Part shown: positions 52,601 through 60,717 of the stretch, one piece after another
Layout of the letters: the number at the start of each line of letters is the position of its first letter
Numbering within the stretch: the stretch's first letter is position 1
Source of the DNA: an uncultured Acidimicrobiales bacterium
Lineage (GTDB): Bacteria; Actinomycetota; Acidimicrobiia; Acidimicrobiales; SZUA-35
DNA length: 64,000 nucleotides
Assembly: GCA_937925335.1 (NCBI GenBank)
Contig: CALEWY010000038.1
Coordinates: 14,275 to 78,274 of the forward strand
Direction of reading: 5' to 3'
The notes under the pieces: model-generated
Told to the model about the DNA's origin: nothing
What the model saw: the letters and a program-made list of their open reading frames with translations, nothing else
Database searches by the model: none
Position numbers and translations under genes: made by a program

Positions 52601-55136
52601 CGAGCGAGCTGGGCAAGGTGATCGCCACGGCGAAGTTGGCTGTGTCACCTGCGTCGAGCTGAGCGAGCGTGCACGTGACGTCGCCAGCGAGGGCACAGGT
52701 CGCCGAGCTTGAGGACGGCACGAACGTGGTGCCCGGGGGAAGGGCGTCGACCACGACGACATTCGTGGCGTCGGACGGGCCGTTGTTTGTCACGGCCAGA
52801 TCAAAGATGACGGTCGTGCCGGCAACGAACGGTCCGGTGGCGGTCTTGTCGATCTCGAGATCGGCGGCGCGGCCAACGGGTGTGTTCGTCGTGGCCGTGT
52901 TCGGAGCGCCAGCGGGATCCTCGGGATCGGTCGATCGGGCTTGCGCGTTGTTGGTGAGGATGGTTCCGTCAGCGACCGACGAAGGAACGTCGACGATGAT
53001 GGTGACCGTTTCGGTGTCGCCGGAAGCCAGCTCGGCGAACGAGCAGGTGACCGTGCCGGCCAGCTCGGAACAGCTGCCTGCTGTCGGTGCGGTCAACGTC
53101 GCAGACACGAAGTCGACGCCTGCGGGAAGGCTGTCGGCGAGTTGCACGTTCTGCGCGTCGGACGGACCGTTGTTGGTGACCGAGACGGTGTAGGTGATCT
53201 GGCCGCCGGACTGTGCCGGATTCGGCACGAAGGTCTTGATCGTTTCGAGATCGACGAGGCGGATCACCTCGGTGGTTTCGGTACCGAAGTTGTTGAGCGG
53301 GTCACCGTCGGGAGTCGTCGAGGTGACTTGCGCATTGTTCGTCTCGACGCGAGCAGGCGCGTCGCCGTCGACCGCAACATCGAAGGTGGCGGTTCCCGTG
53401 GCGCCCGAGGCGATCGTGCCGAGCGCACAGGTCACCGTTTGGCCAACAGCGCTACAGCCGGGGCCCGAGACGAAGGTGAAACCAGCGGGGAGTGTGTCGA
53501 TGACTTCGGTGTTCTCGGCGGGGGAGGGTCCGGCGTTGGCAACGTCGATCGAATAGCTCGTCGTCTGCCCGGCGATCACCGGGTCGACCGTGTCGGTCTT
53601 GGAGGTGAGCGAGAGTTCTGCGAGGGGCTCGACCGTCACCCGGCGAAGCGGGGTGTCCGACGTGAAGGAGTCGCCGAGGGTTTCGGCGGTGTAATCGAGC
53701 TGCCCGACGTTGTCGATGTTGGTGCCCTCTGTTCCGGCATCGACCGTGACCTGGAACTGGACGTCGTAGAAGGTGCCGGAGGTGGAGAAGGGAGCGACGC
53801 GGCCGCCGTCGGTCGGCGTTGCGCCAACACCGATGTTGACTTCGACTTCGTTGGTTCCCGCGTTGTAGCTGGCATTGCCCGAGCCGAGATTGTCGCCGCT
53901 CACCACGGTGGCCGAACCGGGCACGTAGGTGGCCCCAACGGGGATCGCATCGCGAACGACCGTGTCGAGCGCGGCGTCCTCACCCTGGTTCGAGAAGCTG
54001 ATCGAGTAGGTCAGTACGTCGCCGACGTTGACGTCACCGCCGTTGTTATCGACGACCGACTTGTCGAGGTCGAGCACGAGGTTGGGAACGAAGATGTCGA
54101 TCGCGGTGGTGACAACACCCGGGTAGTACCAGTCGCCAGCGGAGCGAAGCTGCACGGTCGCCGAGGTTGCGCCGGGAGGAATGATGCCAACCGTCTCGAT
54201 GATCTTGGCGTCATAACCCAGCTGGTCGAAGTAGTTCGGGTTGCCGCCGGTTGCGTAGGCACCACCGTCGGTGATTCGCGAGTTGAAGAAGTTGGTCGTT
54301 GGCGTCAGTGCGTCGCCGAGCCGGACACCGTTGAGCTGCGCGTAATCGCCCGTGAATCGATCGTCGCCCTCGTAGGCGATGAAGCCGATCTCGGCGTTGA
54401 CGGGGCCGACGGGCGGGCTGAGGAAGCCGGACACGGTGATGTCGACGGGGTTCGATGGGTTGACTCGCTGGAAGCCGTCGAACACCGCGAGGTTTCGGAA
54501 CGGCTCGTTGGCGTCTTCGGTCACGACCACAAGGGTCCAGCCCGCGTAGCGACCGCCGCCGGTGTTTCGGCGAACGTTGGCGGTTGTGTAGGAGCCAGCG
54601 CCAGCGCCCTGCACGAGGGCGGTCACGTCAGCGAAGGCTTGGTAGCTCGAGCCGGAGTCGTACACGTTGGCGGCGGGAGCCGTGATCGTCTGGTAGCCGG
54701 GTGTTCCCGGAACTTCGAACTGGACTTGGTTACGGCTTGCCGCGGTCGAGATCGCTCCCCAGAAGAGGCCCGCCCAGGTCACGGTTGCACCCGCCGGAAG
54801 ATTGAGGTTGGCCGATGAGGAGTTGAAGGTGGATGCGTCACCGTCGACGTCAACGTCGATCATCGTGAAGCTGTTGTTCGCTTGAGCGGTGCCGCCGGGG
54901 TTCGATTGTGCGTCGGTGCAGGTTGCAGACGGAGGGCACGTCAGCAGCGTGTTGGCCGCGTAGATGATGTCGCCGGACTGGTTGACGGAGACGACGGGAA
55001 CGTCGAATGGTTCAACCGCAGAGGCTGGCGAAGCGCCCGAGGTGGTGAGGAGCGCGGCTGCGATGAGGACCGCAAGAAGAGGGCGCACGAGTGCGCGTAG
55101 TCCGCGAGTGATGCCCTGATGCAAGTGGAGCTGCAT
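43656..55136 (-). CDS. Giant sortase-anchored surface protein with 27 DUF11-like Ig repeats
   Basis: Signal peptide ending ASPASA, N-terminal non-repeat domain, 27 repeats (ADLSxxK...GxxxxYxxxVxNxGPS...VxDxLP...NxA), C-terminal LAFTG + TM helix + basic residues. Confidence 0.92.
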   Translation of the reverse strand: MQLHLHQGITRGLRALVRPLLAVLIAAALLTTSGASPASAVEPFDVPVVSVNQSGDIIYAANTLLTCPPSATCTDAQSNPGGTAQANNSFTMIDVDVDGDASTFNSSSANLNLPAGATVTWAGLFWGAISTAASRNQVQFEVPGTPGYQTITAPAANVYDSGSSYQAFADVTALVQGAGAGSYTTANVRRNTGGGRYAGWTLVVVTEDANEPFRNLAVFDGFQRVNPSNPVDITVSGFLSPPVGPVNAEIGFIAYEGDDRFTGDYAQLNGVRLGDALTPTTNFFNSRITDGGAYATGGNPNYFDQLGYDAKIIETVGIIPPGATSATVQLRSAGDWYYPGVVTTAIDIFVPNLVLDLDKSVVDNNGGDVNVGDVLTYSISFSNQGEDAALDTVVRDAIPVGATYVPGSATVVSGDNLGSGNASYNAGTNEVEVNIGVGATPTDGGRVAPFSTSGTFYDVQFQVTVDAGTEGTNIDNVGQLDYTAETLGDSFTSDTPLRRVTVEPLAELSLTSKTDTVDPVIAGQTTSYSIDVANAGPSPAENTEVIDTLPAGFTFVSGPGCSAVGQTVTCALGTIASGATGTATFDVAVDGDAPARVETNNAQVTSTTPDGDPLNNFGTETTEVIRLVDLETIKTFVPNPAQSGGQITYTVSVTNNGPSDAQNVQLADSLPAGVDFVSATLTAPTAGSCSELAGTVTCSFAELASGDTETVTIIVDVPSSVADGTILTNNAQARSTDPEDPAGAPNTATTNTPVGRAADLEIDKTATGPFVAGTTVIFDLAVTNNGPSDATNVVVVDALPPGTTFVPSSSSATCALAGDVTCTLAQLDAGDTANFAVAITLPSSLADGDVLTNVAKTGADEVDPVSTNDEDSLDIRIERSADLSVVKKATPDVVAAGSQITYTLDVENAGPSDASGVSVTDTLPAGVTLVSAPGCTGTTTLTCAVGNLADGATTSFTIVVAVPAGTPDGTALANVATVAGAEPDPNSTNDSSNTSTNVTRTTQLEITKVESSGIADPAQAGTPISWDIVVTNTGPSDDADISIADDLSALPISGVAATITGAPANTCTTTPGAGNPGTLDCAVPTLVAGDSVTITLTGTLDDDIVDGTTLNNEASASSPTSPTVTGTEETTIERSADLDLTKVGPPTILAGTTATWTVTLTNDGPSAADNVVITDILPPNATYVTHRIIVGSATCSTATGPLVCESPILGASDVITIEIDAEVADTAADGSTATNNVTVTSTTTDPDLTNNDATTTSAIEREADLSLAKTTLDTPIAAGEDVRFQLTATNAGPSIATDVVVTDTIPAGFTFVPATSDANCALVGVTVECSTPLLDPDDPPATFIITLTADAATAAGTYTNSATVAATETDPNAANDDAQSDVEIERRADVSVLKSAQAGPAIPGEPFTWTIDVANAGPSTATDTVITDTLPPGVTFDPASEPLCSVTAGTPATGQTLTCSLGDLAPAAAISLSITVDVDPATGAGSTTATLDNVASVSSTTADPNPGNDSSTTSSPVVPQADLSTTKAGPASVIAGEAIVWTVTLDNAGPSQATNAVVTDTLPVGVTFDPATSDPSCSVTAGTPATGQTITCTFATVDPGTPIDLAIGGTVDPSATEGSVLTNNATVSADTNDPDTSNDASSSDTDVTREVSLTVAKTVTPSTVQAGSDVTYTISLTNEGPSSASLATLTDTLPSSLTVVSVNVLTAGSCTTAVICQVTDLQPGDSLQAEIVATVRPSTPDGASINNTVTATAPEDPTPQSASAPITVTRSADLSVTKTASAATFDAGETVTFTVEVENLGPSDATSTTITDPVPAGLIYVDASSDSRCDLVGTDVVCTLGTLTTAAGAETLELVFDIDPAAAAGPIANTATADATEGDPDSTNDAGADTITVTADADLSVTKTSSADPIVPGEPYEWTVGAANAGPSTAVAAVVTDTLPIGVTFDPATSDPRCVVSSGTPATGQVITCTIGNMAPTGPTATTSIIIGGDVDSTVTAATLTNSATIDSPTPDSGTGNDTATDVSPVAPSADLSVVKVGPATVTAGTDLSWTITATNAGPSTAVAAVVTDTLPIGVTFDPATSDPRCVLSSGTPATGQVITCTIGNMAPTGPTATTSIIIGGALDEAAADGGELVNNASIDSPTDDPDATNDTGDSRTDVDRVADLQITKLADASVIVAGENVTYTVVVTNDGPSIATDVNILDPLATGLTAVSATPAGPGTCDITGNIIDCTLAQLAPSATFEITVVATVDADVADATTIDNTASATAAETDPDGADALESITVDTSADIGITKTLLTTDPVAGEPVTFELVVTNDGPSDATNVTVTDTLPAGVTFQPTGSTATCAASAPGATCTIGTVAAGTSQTITIVADLDPSIVPSTLVNSASATATEDDPNATNDIGTADIPIVRSADLAIDKVPPAATPVPGSPTSWTLDVSNIGPSDATNVVVTDTLPAGATFNAAASDARCSVTAGTPATGETITCTLASLANAAADSFIIAVDLDPTLTGDIANTASVSADEDDPDSTNDSETVTSTVAPSADLSIVKVRITDPVVAGENVTYELTITNDGPSEAVDVTVEDVFPSVVTYDDPASDSRCDLAGTSVSCDLGNLTPAAVETISLTFLLDDDATPLSFLSNTASVTSSTPDPDEGTPTSDNSSSADGAITRSADLSIVKTGAAELTAGGTGSYSITVENDGPSVATGVTITDAVPAGLTITGFTGPAGCSTTPGALTCSIASMQPGDSILITVDVDVASNVAAGSTLTNNASVSANEPDPNAADNGSSVPANIVRSADLSLTKTILTSPIVAGEPVLFELTATNAGLSDATGVTVTDVLPTGLTFRTDLSSTPCTATGSTVTCSISNVPNGDSVTFLIGADTDQGLAAASTLANDATVAANEPDPDPLNNDAADSAPVTREADLSIIKRGPGGSSTAGTSLTWTLDIANDGASEATSIVVTDTLPVGTTFQTTGSDARCSAAGTTVTCTIPSIAAGSTDQLLINVDLDPGLADGFVLNNDVIISAAEPDPNPLNNESSHAADIARTSGLAIAKVDVLDPVVAGEGIAWDIQVTNLGPSDTDNVQVVDTLPIGVTFDPAASDPDCSLTSGTPATGQVITCTLGTLVLNANPTIRIAGDVDQGFADGTMLVNEATASGDLAPPVSITEETTVNRSAEVTVTKVAGTSPITPGVVVTYTLTVENEGPSQATNIELTDLIPPGGTVVDVRVVSAPTTFTCTTGTATVDCPIGTLDSGSTATIEIDVLPAANLQTGDTFENKAVVTGDEDPTPGEGSTIDPIARSVDLSIDKVAIAPTAAAGSGTTFDLTVTNAGPSNAANIVVTDTLPAEMTFDPSTSSPSCIALDATTIECSAPSLAAGDSLTFTVGVIIDATATGDLTNTVAVTSDEPNTNLDPTDSETIALDEVADLEIDKTGPDSVVAGEAISYDITVANFGPSIARNVTITDEVPAGIALTLPADCSLAAGVLTCNLGDIPVGGTLDVTLTGIVDADYEGVLRNVASAASDAADPNPLNDVDTTQATVERIADLTVTKSLETDDPKAGGNATWSIVVTNDGPSTATDVVMTDSLPDGLSVVSTSIDGCDDTISCELGDLDVGESVTITVETSIDVSVVGAIQNTASVEATETDPTTAEATANGQVTRSNSALAIEKTVEASRLTTGSPVIWTVVVTNDGPDAVVTPITLADSLPLSLAYTSHTAPDGTSCTIAGQQFDCEIDGLASGSTAVIQIVTNVRATVGSVTNTATASAGGLVGGDGPDGVVVVASSAVARAPQGRLAFTGAGTLGLIFVATPMLIVGFLAVRVAKREDEEALA
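48775..49337. repeat. Near-identical 167-bp internal duplication (period 396) within the giant gene
   Basis: 48775-48941 and 49171-49337 differ at about 3 positions. Confidence 0.85.
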
Positions 55137-55208
55137 GTTGAACCAGTCGGACAATCATCCGAAGAAGTGAGCCTTACTGCCTGGTTTCCCCCCTGATTTT
55201 GGGGAGGT

Positions 55209-56093
55209 CTAGCGGCTTCCGAGCACCACGACTGCACCGAACCAGATCGCCACGACGATGGCGACGGCGAGCGCCGCGATGATTCGAACCTTGTGCTGGG
55301 TTTGCCAGGCGGTGTTCGCCATCTCTTTGAGCTCACCCTCGAGCGCATGGACGCGAAGCTCGCGAGCCACGAACGGTGTGGTGATGGCAAAGGAGAGTCC
55401 GAGCACGCCGACGAAGAGCCAACCGATCACGCCGATCCAAAGAGCCTGGGTTTTCGACATGGCCCAGCGATTGATTGCCCGGCCAACCTGCATCGACACC
55501 ATGGGAGGAGTTGGTTTGCCGCCGGCCTTTGCGTTGCCGGTCGTGAGGCATGTTTGTGCGTCTTCGAACCAACCGAGGCCGGCGTAGCTCGCAGCGAGTT
55601 GCCACCACGGCGCGGGCTGGTCTGGAGCGAGGGTTGTCGCTTGGCGAGCCGCCGTGTCTGCTCCGCGGTGATCACCGCGGGCGAGGAGGGCGGTGCTCAT
55701 CGCCGTGAGACCTGCGGCGCGCTCGAATGTTGTGAGGTTGCGATCGTTTGCGAGGCGTTCGTTGAGCTGGGTGATGGCCTGTCGGGCGCTGCGGCCAAAG
55801 GGCCGGTTGGCGGCAGCGATGGCGACGAGGCCGTCGACTTCGATGTCGTTCGGTCGGAGGTCTCGAGCGGTTCGAGCAACTCGCTCGGCCTGACGCCATT
55901 CTTGGCGCCCGATCAGCGCAACGGCTTCGGCCTTGAGTGTCGCGCCAGCTTCTGGTGCCTTCTCATTCGTTCGGCTTCCGCTCGTTTGACGAGGCGGCTT
56001 CGACGGTTGACGGTTCTGTTCCGACGTTGGTGCCGGGTGCGTGGATGCAGGTCGCGACGTCTTCGAAATGGGGGCTACCGCTTGGTCTGGCAC
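55209..56093 (-). CDS. TPR-like protein with C-terminal membrane helices
   Basis: A..AARQA..LAPD...WWQLA..Y..LG..EDA TPR pattern followed by hydrophobic segments. Confidence 0.7.
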   Translation of the reverse strand: MPDQAVAPISKTSRPASTHPAPTSEQNRQPSKPPRQTSGSRTNEKAPEAGATLKAEAVALIGRQEWRQAERVARTARDLRPNDIEVDGLVAIAAANRPFGRSARQAITQLNERLANDRNLTTFERAAGLTAMSTALLARGDHRGADTAARQATTLAPDQPAPWWQLAASYAGLGWFEDAQTCLTTGNAKAGGKPTPPMVSMQVGRAINRWAMSKTQALWIGVIGWLFVGVLGLSFAITTPFVARELRVHALEGELKEMANTAWQTQHKVRIIAALAVAIVVAIWFGAVVVLGSR

Positions 56094-56247
56094 GTGGTCC
56101 TATCGGACTACTGGCCGAAGAGATGAGCCGCATGCTCGCTACCAGCGTCGGGGCCGATCTCCGCTGACGCACCAGCCGGGTGCCGACAAACTCGAACGCA
56201 GGGTTCGTCGCAGGGCCTGTCGCAGGGCGGCACTAGGGTGGTTGCCG

Positions 56248-59200
56248 ATGGCGGAATCCGATCAGAATCCCATGCCCGCGCCGGCTGCCGACTTCGCTGG
56301 TCGGCTGTTCGAAGGCCTCAATCCTGCGCAACTCGAAGCGGTCACCCACACGGGTGGACCGCTGTTGATCGTCGCCGGCGCTGGTTCCGGCAAGACCAGA
56401 GTGCTCACCCGCAGAATTGCCTGGTTGATCGACGAAGGGCACTCGCCGTTCGAGATCTTGGCGATCACGTTCACCAACAAAGCGGCGAACGAAATGAAGC
56501 ATCGCGTGCAGGCCCTCATCGGTCCGGTCGCGCAGAAGATGTGGGTGTCCACCTTCCACTCGGCGTGTGTTCGGATCCTTCGGCGTGAAGCTGCTCAACT
56601 CGGCTACACGTCCAACTTCACGATCTATGACCAGACCGATGCGCAACGTCTCATCGGTTACGTCCTGAAGGATCTCAACATCGATCCGAAGCGCTTCCCG
56701 CCTCGGGCCATGCACAACACGATCAGCTCGGTGAAAAACGAGGGACTCGACCCCGACGCGTTCTCTGATCGCGCAAGCGTCATCACGGAGAAGAAGGCGG
56801 CCGACGTCTACCAGGAGTACCAGCGCCGCCTCGTTCAGGCCGGCGCGATGGACTTCGACGATCTCCTGCTGAACGCGGTGCGCCTCTTCCGTCAGTCGCC
56901 CGAGGCACTCGAGACCTACCGCCGCCGCTTCGGCCACCTGCTGGTCGATGAGTATCAAGACACGAACTCGGTGCAGAACGAGTTGGTGCTCAAACTGGCT
57001 GATCAGCACCGCCAGGTAACGGTCGTTGGTGACAACGACCAGTGCTTGCCAGCCGGCACACAAGTCAGGACCCCGAATGGCGACCGCTCGATCGAAGATC
57101 TTGCGCCCGGCGACGCCGTTCTCGGAACGTCCGGCGGCACCGAACTCGTTGAGTCGACGATCGCTGAGGTCCGGGAAACGCATCATCGCGGCCGGCTCTA
57201 CACGATGACCGCTGGAGGGGTGACGCTCACGGCAACCGAGCACCACATCCTGCCAACTCGACTCCTTCCGCTGCCCGGCGAACAACACTTCGTCTACCTG
57301 ATGTATCGAGCCGATCGCGGGTATCGAATCGGCATCTGTACCGGAACCCGAAAGGATGCGTTCGGCAACGAAACGCTCGGGATCAAGGTGCGGATGAACC
57401 AAGAGCACGGCGATGCCCTCTGGATTCTTCGAGTCGCGGACAGCCGAGCCGATGCGCAGTATTGGGAGGCATGGTTTGCTGCCCAGTACGGCCTCCCGAC
57501 GTTGATCTTCCACGGCCTTGGCCGCAAGCTTGTGTTGAGCGACGCACAGATCGAGCGACTCTTCGAAGAGCTCGATACGGAAACGGCGGCCAAGCACCTG
57601 ATGGCCGATCTCGATCTCCACATCGACTTTCCTCACTACCGGCCGCAGAACGGCAAGCGCCGGTCGACGGTGAACCTGACAATGTTCAGCGACCGGCGCA
57701 CGACACACGGAGTTGGCTATCACCGAGTGCAGTGGAGCTCAAACCGCCCCGAGGTGGCAGAGCGGCTTCGAAAGGCCGGGTTCTCGGTCCGTGCGTCAAA
57801 GAGTGCGAGCGTTCGCGTCGAGACGAGCCACAAGTCCTACACCGATGCGTTGGCCATGGCGCAGTCGATGGCCGACGCTGGCGAACTGAACATTCGTCGC
57901 CGGATGCAGGTCGATCACACGTTGTATGAGTACCAACCGATGAGCCACCTCCGGCCAGGCATGGAGGTGCTCGTCGAGCGCAATGGAGAACTCGAGCCAG
58001 TTCTGGTCGAGTCGGTGACCGCTGATGATCACGAGGGTCCGGTGTATGACCTCGAGGTCGACACGATTCACAACTATGTGGCAGACGGCGCACTTGTTCA
58101 CAACAGCGTGTACCGGTTTCGTGGCGCGGACATCCGAAACATCCTGCAGTTTGAAGAAGCCTTCCAAGACACCACGGTCGTGCTGCTGGAGCAGAACTAT
58201 CGATCGTCACAAACGATCCTGGATGCGGCAAACGCGGTCATCTCGAACAACTTTGGTCGCAAGCCAAAGAACCTCTGGACCGACGAAGGTCCGGGCGACA
58301 CGATCACGCGCTTTCACGCCGATGATGAAGTCGACGAGAGCCAGTACGTGGCGAACGAGCTCGCTCGTTTGCACGACGGCGGCGACTATCGCTGGGGCGA
58401 TATGGCCGTCTTCTACCGGACCAACGCGCAGAGCCGAGTGCTCGAGGAATACCTCATGCGCGTCGGCATTCCGTACAAGGTCATCGGCGGCACGCGGTTT
58501 TATGACCGCAAGGAAGTCAAGGACGCGATCGCCTACCTGAAGTCCGTCTCCAATCCGTCGGACGAGGTCTCCCTGAAGCGGATCTTGAACACGCCAAAGC
58601 GTGGCATCGGCGATACGTCGGTGGCCAAGATCGACGCCTTCGCTGCGATGCACGGTTACACGTTCTACCAAGCGCTCGAGCGGGCGGATGACGCCGGTGT
58701 TTCCGGCACCGCGGTCAAGGGGATCGCGTCGTTCTTGCAGCTGCATCAGAGTTTCCAGCTCGAGCTCGACAAGGGGCCGGCACCAACACTGGAGGCCATC
58801 CTCCGCGACACCGGCTACGTGGTCGAACTCGAGGACCAGCGCTCTGTCGAAGCCGAGAGCCGGGTCGAGAACCTGCAAGAACTCGTCGGCGTGTCCCGCC
58901 AGTTCGAGACGGTTGACGAGTTCCTCGAACAAGTCAGCCTCGTCGCTGACTCAGACGACATCGACGACGATGACTCCGCCGTGATTTTGATGACATTGCA
59001 TGCGGCAAAGGGTCTCGAGTTTCCCGTCGTGTTCATGCTCGGTCTCGAGGACGGAATCTTCCCGCACCTCCGAGCCCTCACCGACCCCGACGAGCTCGAA
59101 GAAGAGCGACGCCTCTGTTACGTGGGCATCACCCGCGCCGAACAGCGTCTCTACATGACCCACGCCTGGAGCCGAATGCTCTTCGGTCAGAGTCAGTACA

Positions 59201-59583
59201 ACCCGCCGAGCCGCTTCCTCGACGAGATCCCGTCCGAGCTCATCCAAGATGCCGAAGGCAGCCGGGGTAAGGGTCGCCGGTTGGCTTCGACCACCTTTGG
59301 AAGTAGTGGAACATCGTCGTACGCGTCCGAGACCGGCGGGAGTCGCATCAGCGAATCTCGCAATCGGATGGTCGATTCCGCGCTCAAGCCGACGGGTCCG
59401 GAGTTGTCCGGAGCCGACGAAGCGGGCTTAAAAACTGGCGACGACGTTCGCCACAACAAGTGGGGCGAAGGCGTCATCCTCGACCTGCGAGGAAGTGGCG
59501 ACAAAACCGAAGCCGTCGTCCGGTTCCCAACCGTCGGTGAGAAGACGCTGCTCCTGGCGTGGGCTCCACTCGAGAAGATCTAG
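56248..59583 (+). CDS. pcrA: ATP-dependent DNA helicase PcrA/UvrD, intein-containing
   Basis: AGAGSGKT, TFTNKAA, VDEYQD, GDNDQ|SVYRFRGA split by an intein, LEQNYRS, TLHAAKGLEF, EERRLCYVGITRA, C-terminal Tudor-like domain. Confidence 0.97.
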   Translation: MAESDQNPMPAPAADFAGRLFEGLNPAQLEAVTHTGGPLLIVAGAGSGKTRVLTRRIAWLIDEGHSPFEILAITFTNKAANEMKHRVQALIGPVAQKMWVSTFHSACVRILRREAAQLGYTSNFTIYDQTDAQRLIGYVLKDLNIDPKRFPPRAMHNTISSVKNEGLDPDAFSDRASVITEKKAADVYQEYQRRLVQAGAMDFDDLLLNAVRLFRQSPEALETYRRRFGHLLVDEYQDTNSVQNELVLKLADQHRQVTVVGDNDQCLPAGTQVRTPNGDRSIEDLAPGDAVLGTSGGTELVESTIAEVRETHHRGRLYTMTAGGVTLTATEHHILPTRLLPLPGEQHFVYLMYRADRGYRIGICTGTRKDAFGNETLGIKVRMNQEHGDALWILRVADSRADAQYWEAWFAAQYGLPTLIFHGLGRKLVLSDAQIERLFEELDTETAAKHLMADLDLHIDFPHYRPQNGKRRSTVNLTMFSDRRTTHGVGYHRVQWSSNRPEVAERLRKAGFSVRASKSASVRVETSHKSYTDALAMAQSMADAGELNIRRRMQVDHTLYEYQPMSHLRPGMEVLVERNGELEPVLVESVTADDHEGPVYDLEVDTIHNYVADGALVHNSVYRFRGADIRNILQFEEAFQDTTVVLLEQNYRSSQTILDAANAVISNNFGRKPKNLWTDEGPGDTITRFHADDEVDESQYVANELARLHDGGDYRWGDMAVFYRTNAQSRVLEEYLMRVGIPYKVIGGTRFYDRKEVKDAIAYLKSVSNPSDEVSLKRILNTPKRGIGDTSVAKIDAFAAMHGYTFYQALERADDAGVSGTAVKGIASFLQLHQSFQLELDKGPAPTLEAILRDTGYVVELEDQRSVEAESRVENLQELVGVSRQFETVDEFLEQVSLVADSDDIDDDDSAVILMTLHAAKGLEFPVVFMLGLEDGIFPHLRALTDPDELEEERRLCYVGITRAEQRLYMTHAWSRMLFGQSQYNPPSRFLDEIPSELIQDAEGSRGKGRRLASTTFGSSGTSSYASETGGSRISESRNRMVDSALKPTGPELSGADEAGLKTGDDVRHNKWGEGVILDLRGSGDKTEAVVRFPTVGEKTLLLAWAPLEKI
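57043..58104 (+). mobile_element. Intein (354 aa) inserted in helicase motif III
   Basis: Starts CLPAGT (block A); TEHH (block B); VYDLEV (block F); ends VHN followed by Ser; removing it restores GDNDQSVYRFRGA. Confidence 0.96.
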
Positions 59584-59599
59584 CGGCGCGAGTTCCGTA

Positions 59600-60622
59600 G
59601 TGTCGTTCTATGGCGAGGGTTCGCTCTCGAACGGCGGTTCGTTCCCGAGGAAGCTCGATCCTCAGGGGGCAGGTGGTCGAGAGTCCCGCTTGGTCATCTA
59701 CTACTTCGGTCGGGTTCTCGCGATCGATGGCCAACCTCGTTCGAAGATTCATGGACCGATGGCGTCTCGCCGAGCGAAGTACTGGGGTAGCTGCGTCGCC
59801 CAAAACGGACCTCTTGAGGAGCTGATCGACCAAGCGCAGCCTGGTGACCTCGTGGTGATGGAGCACGGGAAGAGAGAATGGACCTGGTTTGTGGAACCCG
59901 ACGGTTCGCTGACTGATGGCCTGCCGATCGAGAAGTACGCTGCCCATCCGGCGTCGCTCCTCAACAACTTTGAATCGGCTCGCAGTGACGAGGAGCTCGA
60001 TGCCGCTGCCGGTCCCTCGAGCAGTCGGTTTCGACGGATCACCTCCTGGGTGTTTGCCCTCGGGTTGACCACAGCCATCCTTGGGGTCGCTGCGTCCGGC
60101 CTTTTGCAAGACGATCGGCGTGAACTCACGTTCCGAGTTGATGCCGCCAACGAGCAGTCTTTTGATGATCGAGCTCTCGAGGATCCCGCAGCCGGTCAGT
60201 GTGAGGTGAGAGAACCACGGGCGGTCCGCTGCAGTGGCGACATCTTGGTGGAGGGTGAGTGGAAGAACGGCGATTGGCTGTACGGCCCAAACGTTGATTC
60301 GCCCTTCGCTTCGGCCGTGGAGGCGCAAGCCGGCGCGCTGGTCGAAGTCTTTGAGCAGGATCGTGGCGTCTTCTATCGGCTGGAGGACCGGTCGATCGTT
60401 CGGATGGTTGCCGCCCTCCCGTGGTACTTCGGAATCATGTTCGTGCTTGCGATTGGGTTCGGATCGTTGTGGCGCCTTGCCCCACCGTCGATCGCGCCGC
60501 TCGCTCAGCGGAGCCTGGCTGCAGTTCGGGGCAAGGCGATGATGCTGATGTTCATCGTGCCGATCATGTTCGTGGTCGTTTCCCTCGTCGCGGGTATAGA
60601 AGTCGAGCCGCTCTTCGGCTAG
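59600..60622 (+). CDS. Hypothetical membrane protein
   Basis: Long ORF with three hydrophobic segments; start uncertain. Confidence 0.65.
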   Translation: MSFYGEGSLSNGGSFPRKLDPQGAGGRESRLVIYYFGRVLAIDGQPRSKIHGPMASRRAKYWGSCVAQNGPLEELIDQAQPGDLVVMEHGKREWTWFVEPDGSLTDGLPIEKYAAHPASLLNNFESARSDEELDAAAGPSSSRFRRITSWVFALGLTTAILGVAASGLLQDDRRELTFRVDAANEQSFDDRALEDPAAGQCEVREPRAVRCSGDILVEGEWKNGDWLYGPNVDSPFASAVEAQAGALVEVFEQDRGVFYRLEDRSIVRMVAALPWYFGIMFVLAIGFGSLWRLAPPSIAPLAQRSLAAVRGKAMMLMFIVPIMFVVVSLVAGIEVEPLFG

Positions 60623-60717
60623 AGAGCGCTCCGGCGGAGCGGGCGGTCACGCGGTTGGGGTGAGCGTTTCATCACCACCGCTGAACAGCCGAAGGGTTTC
60701 GGCGATGCGGAGGACTG

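Noticed and set aside
55186-55206. TCCCC...GGGGA inverted repeat upstream of the adhesin gene
   Set aside because: Too short to tell apart terminator, operator or chance
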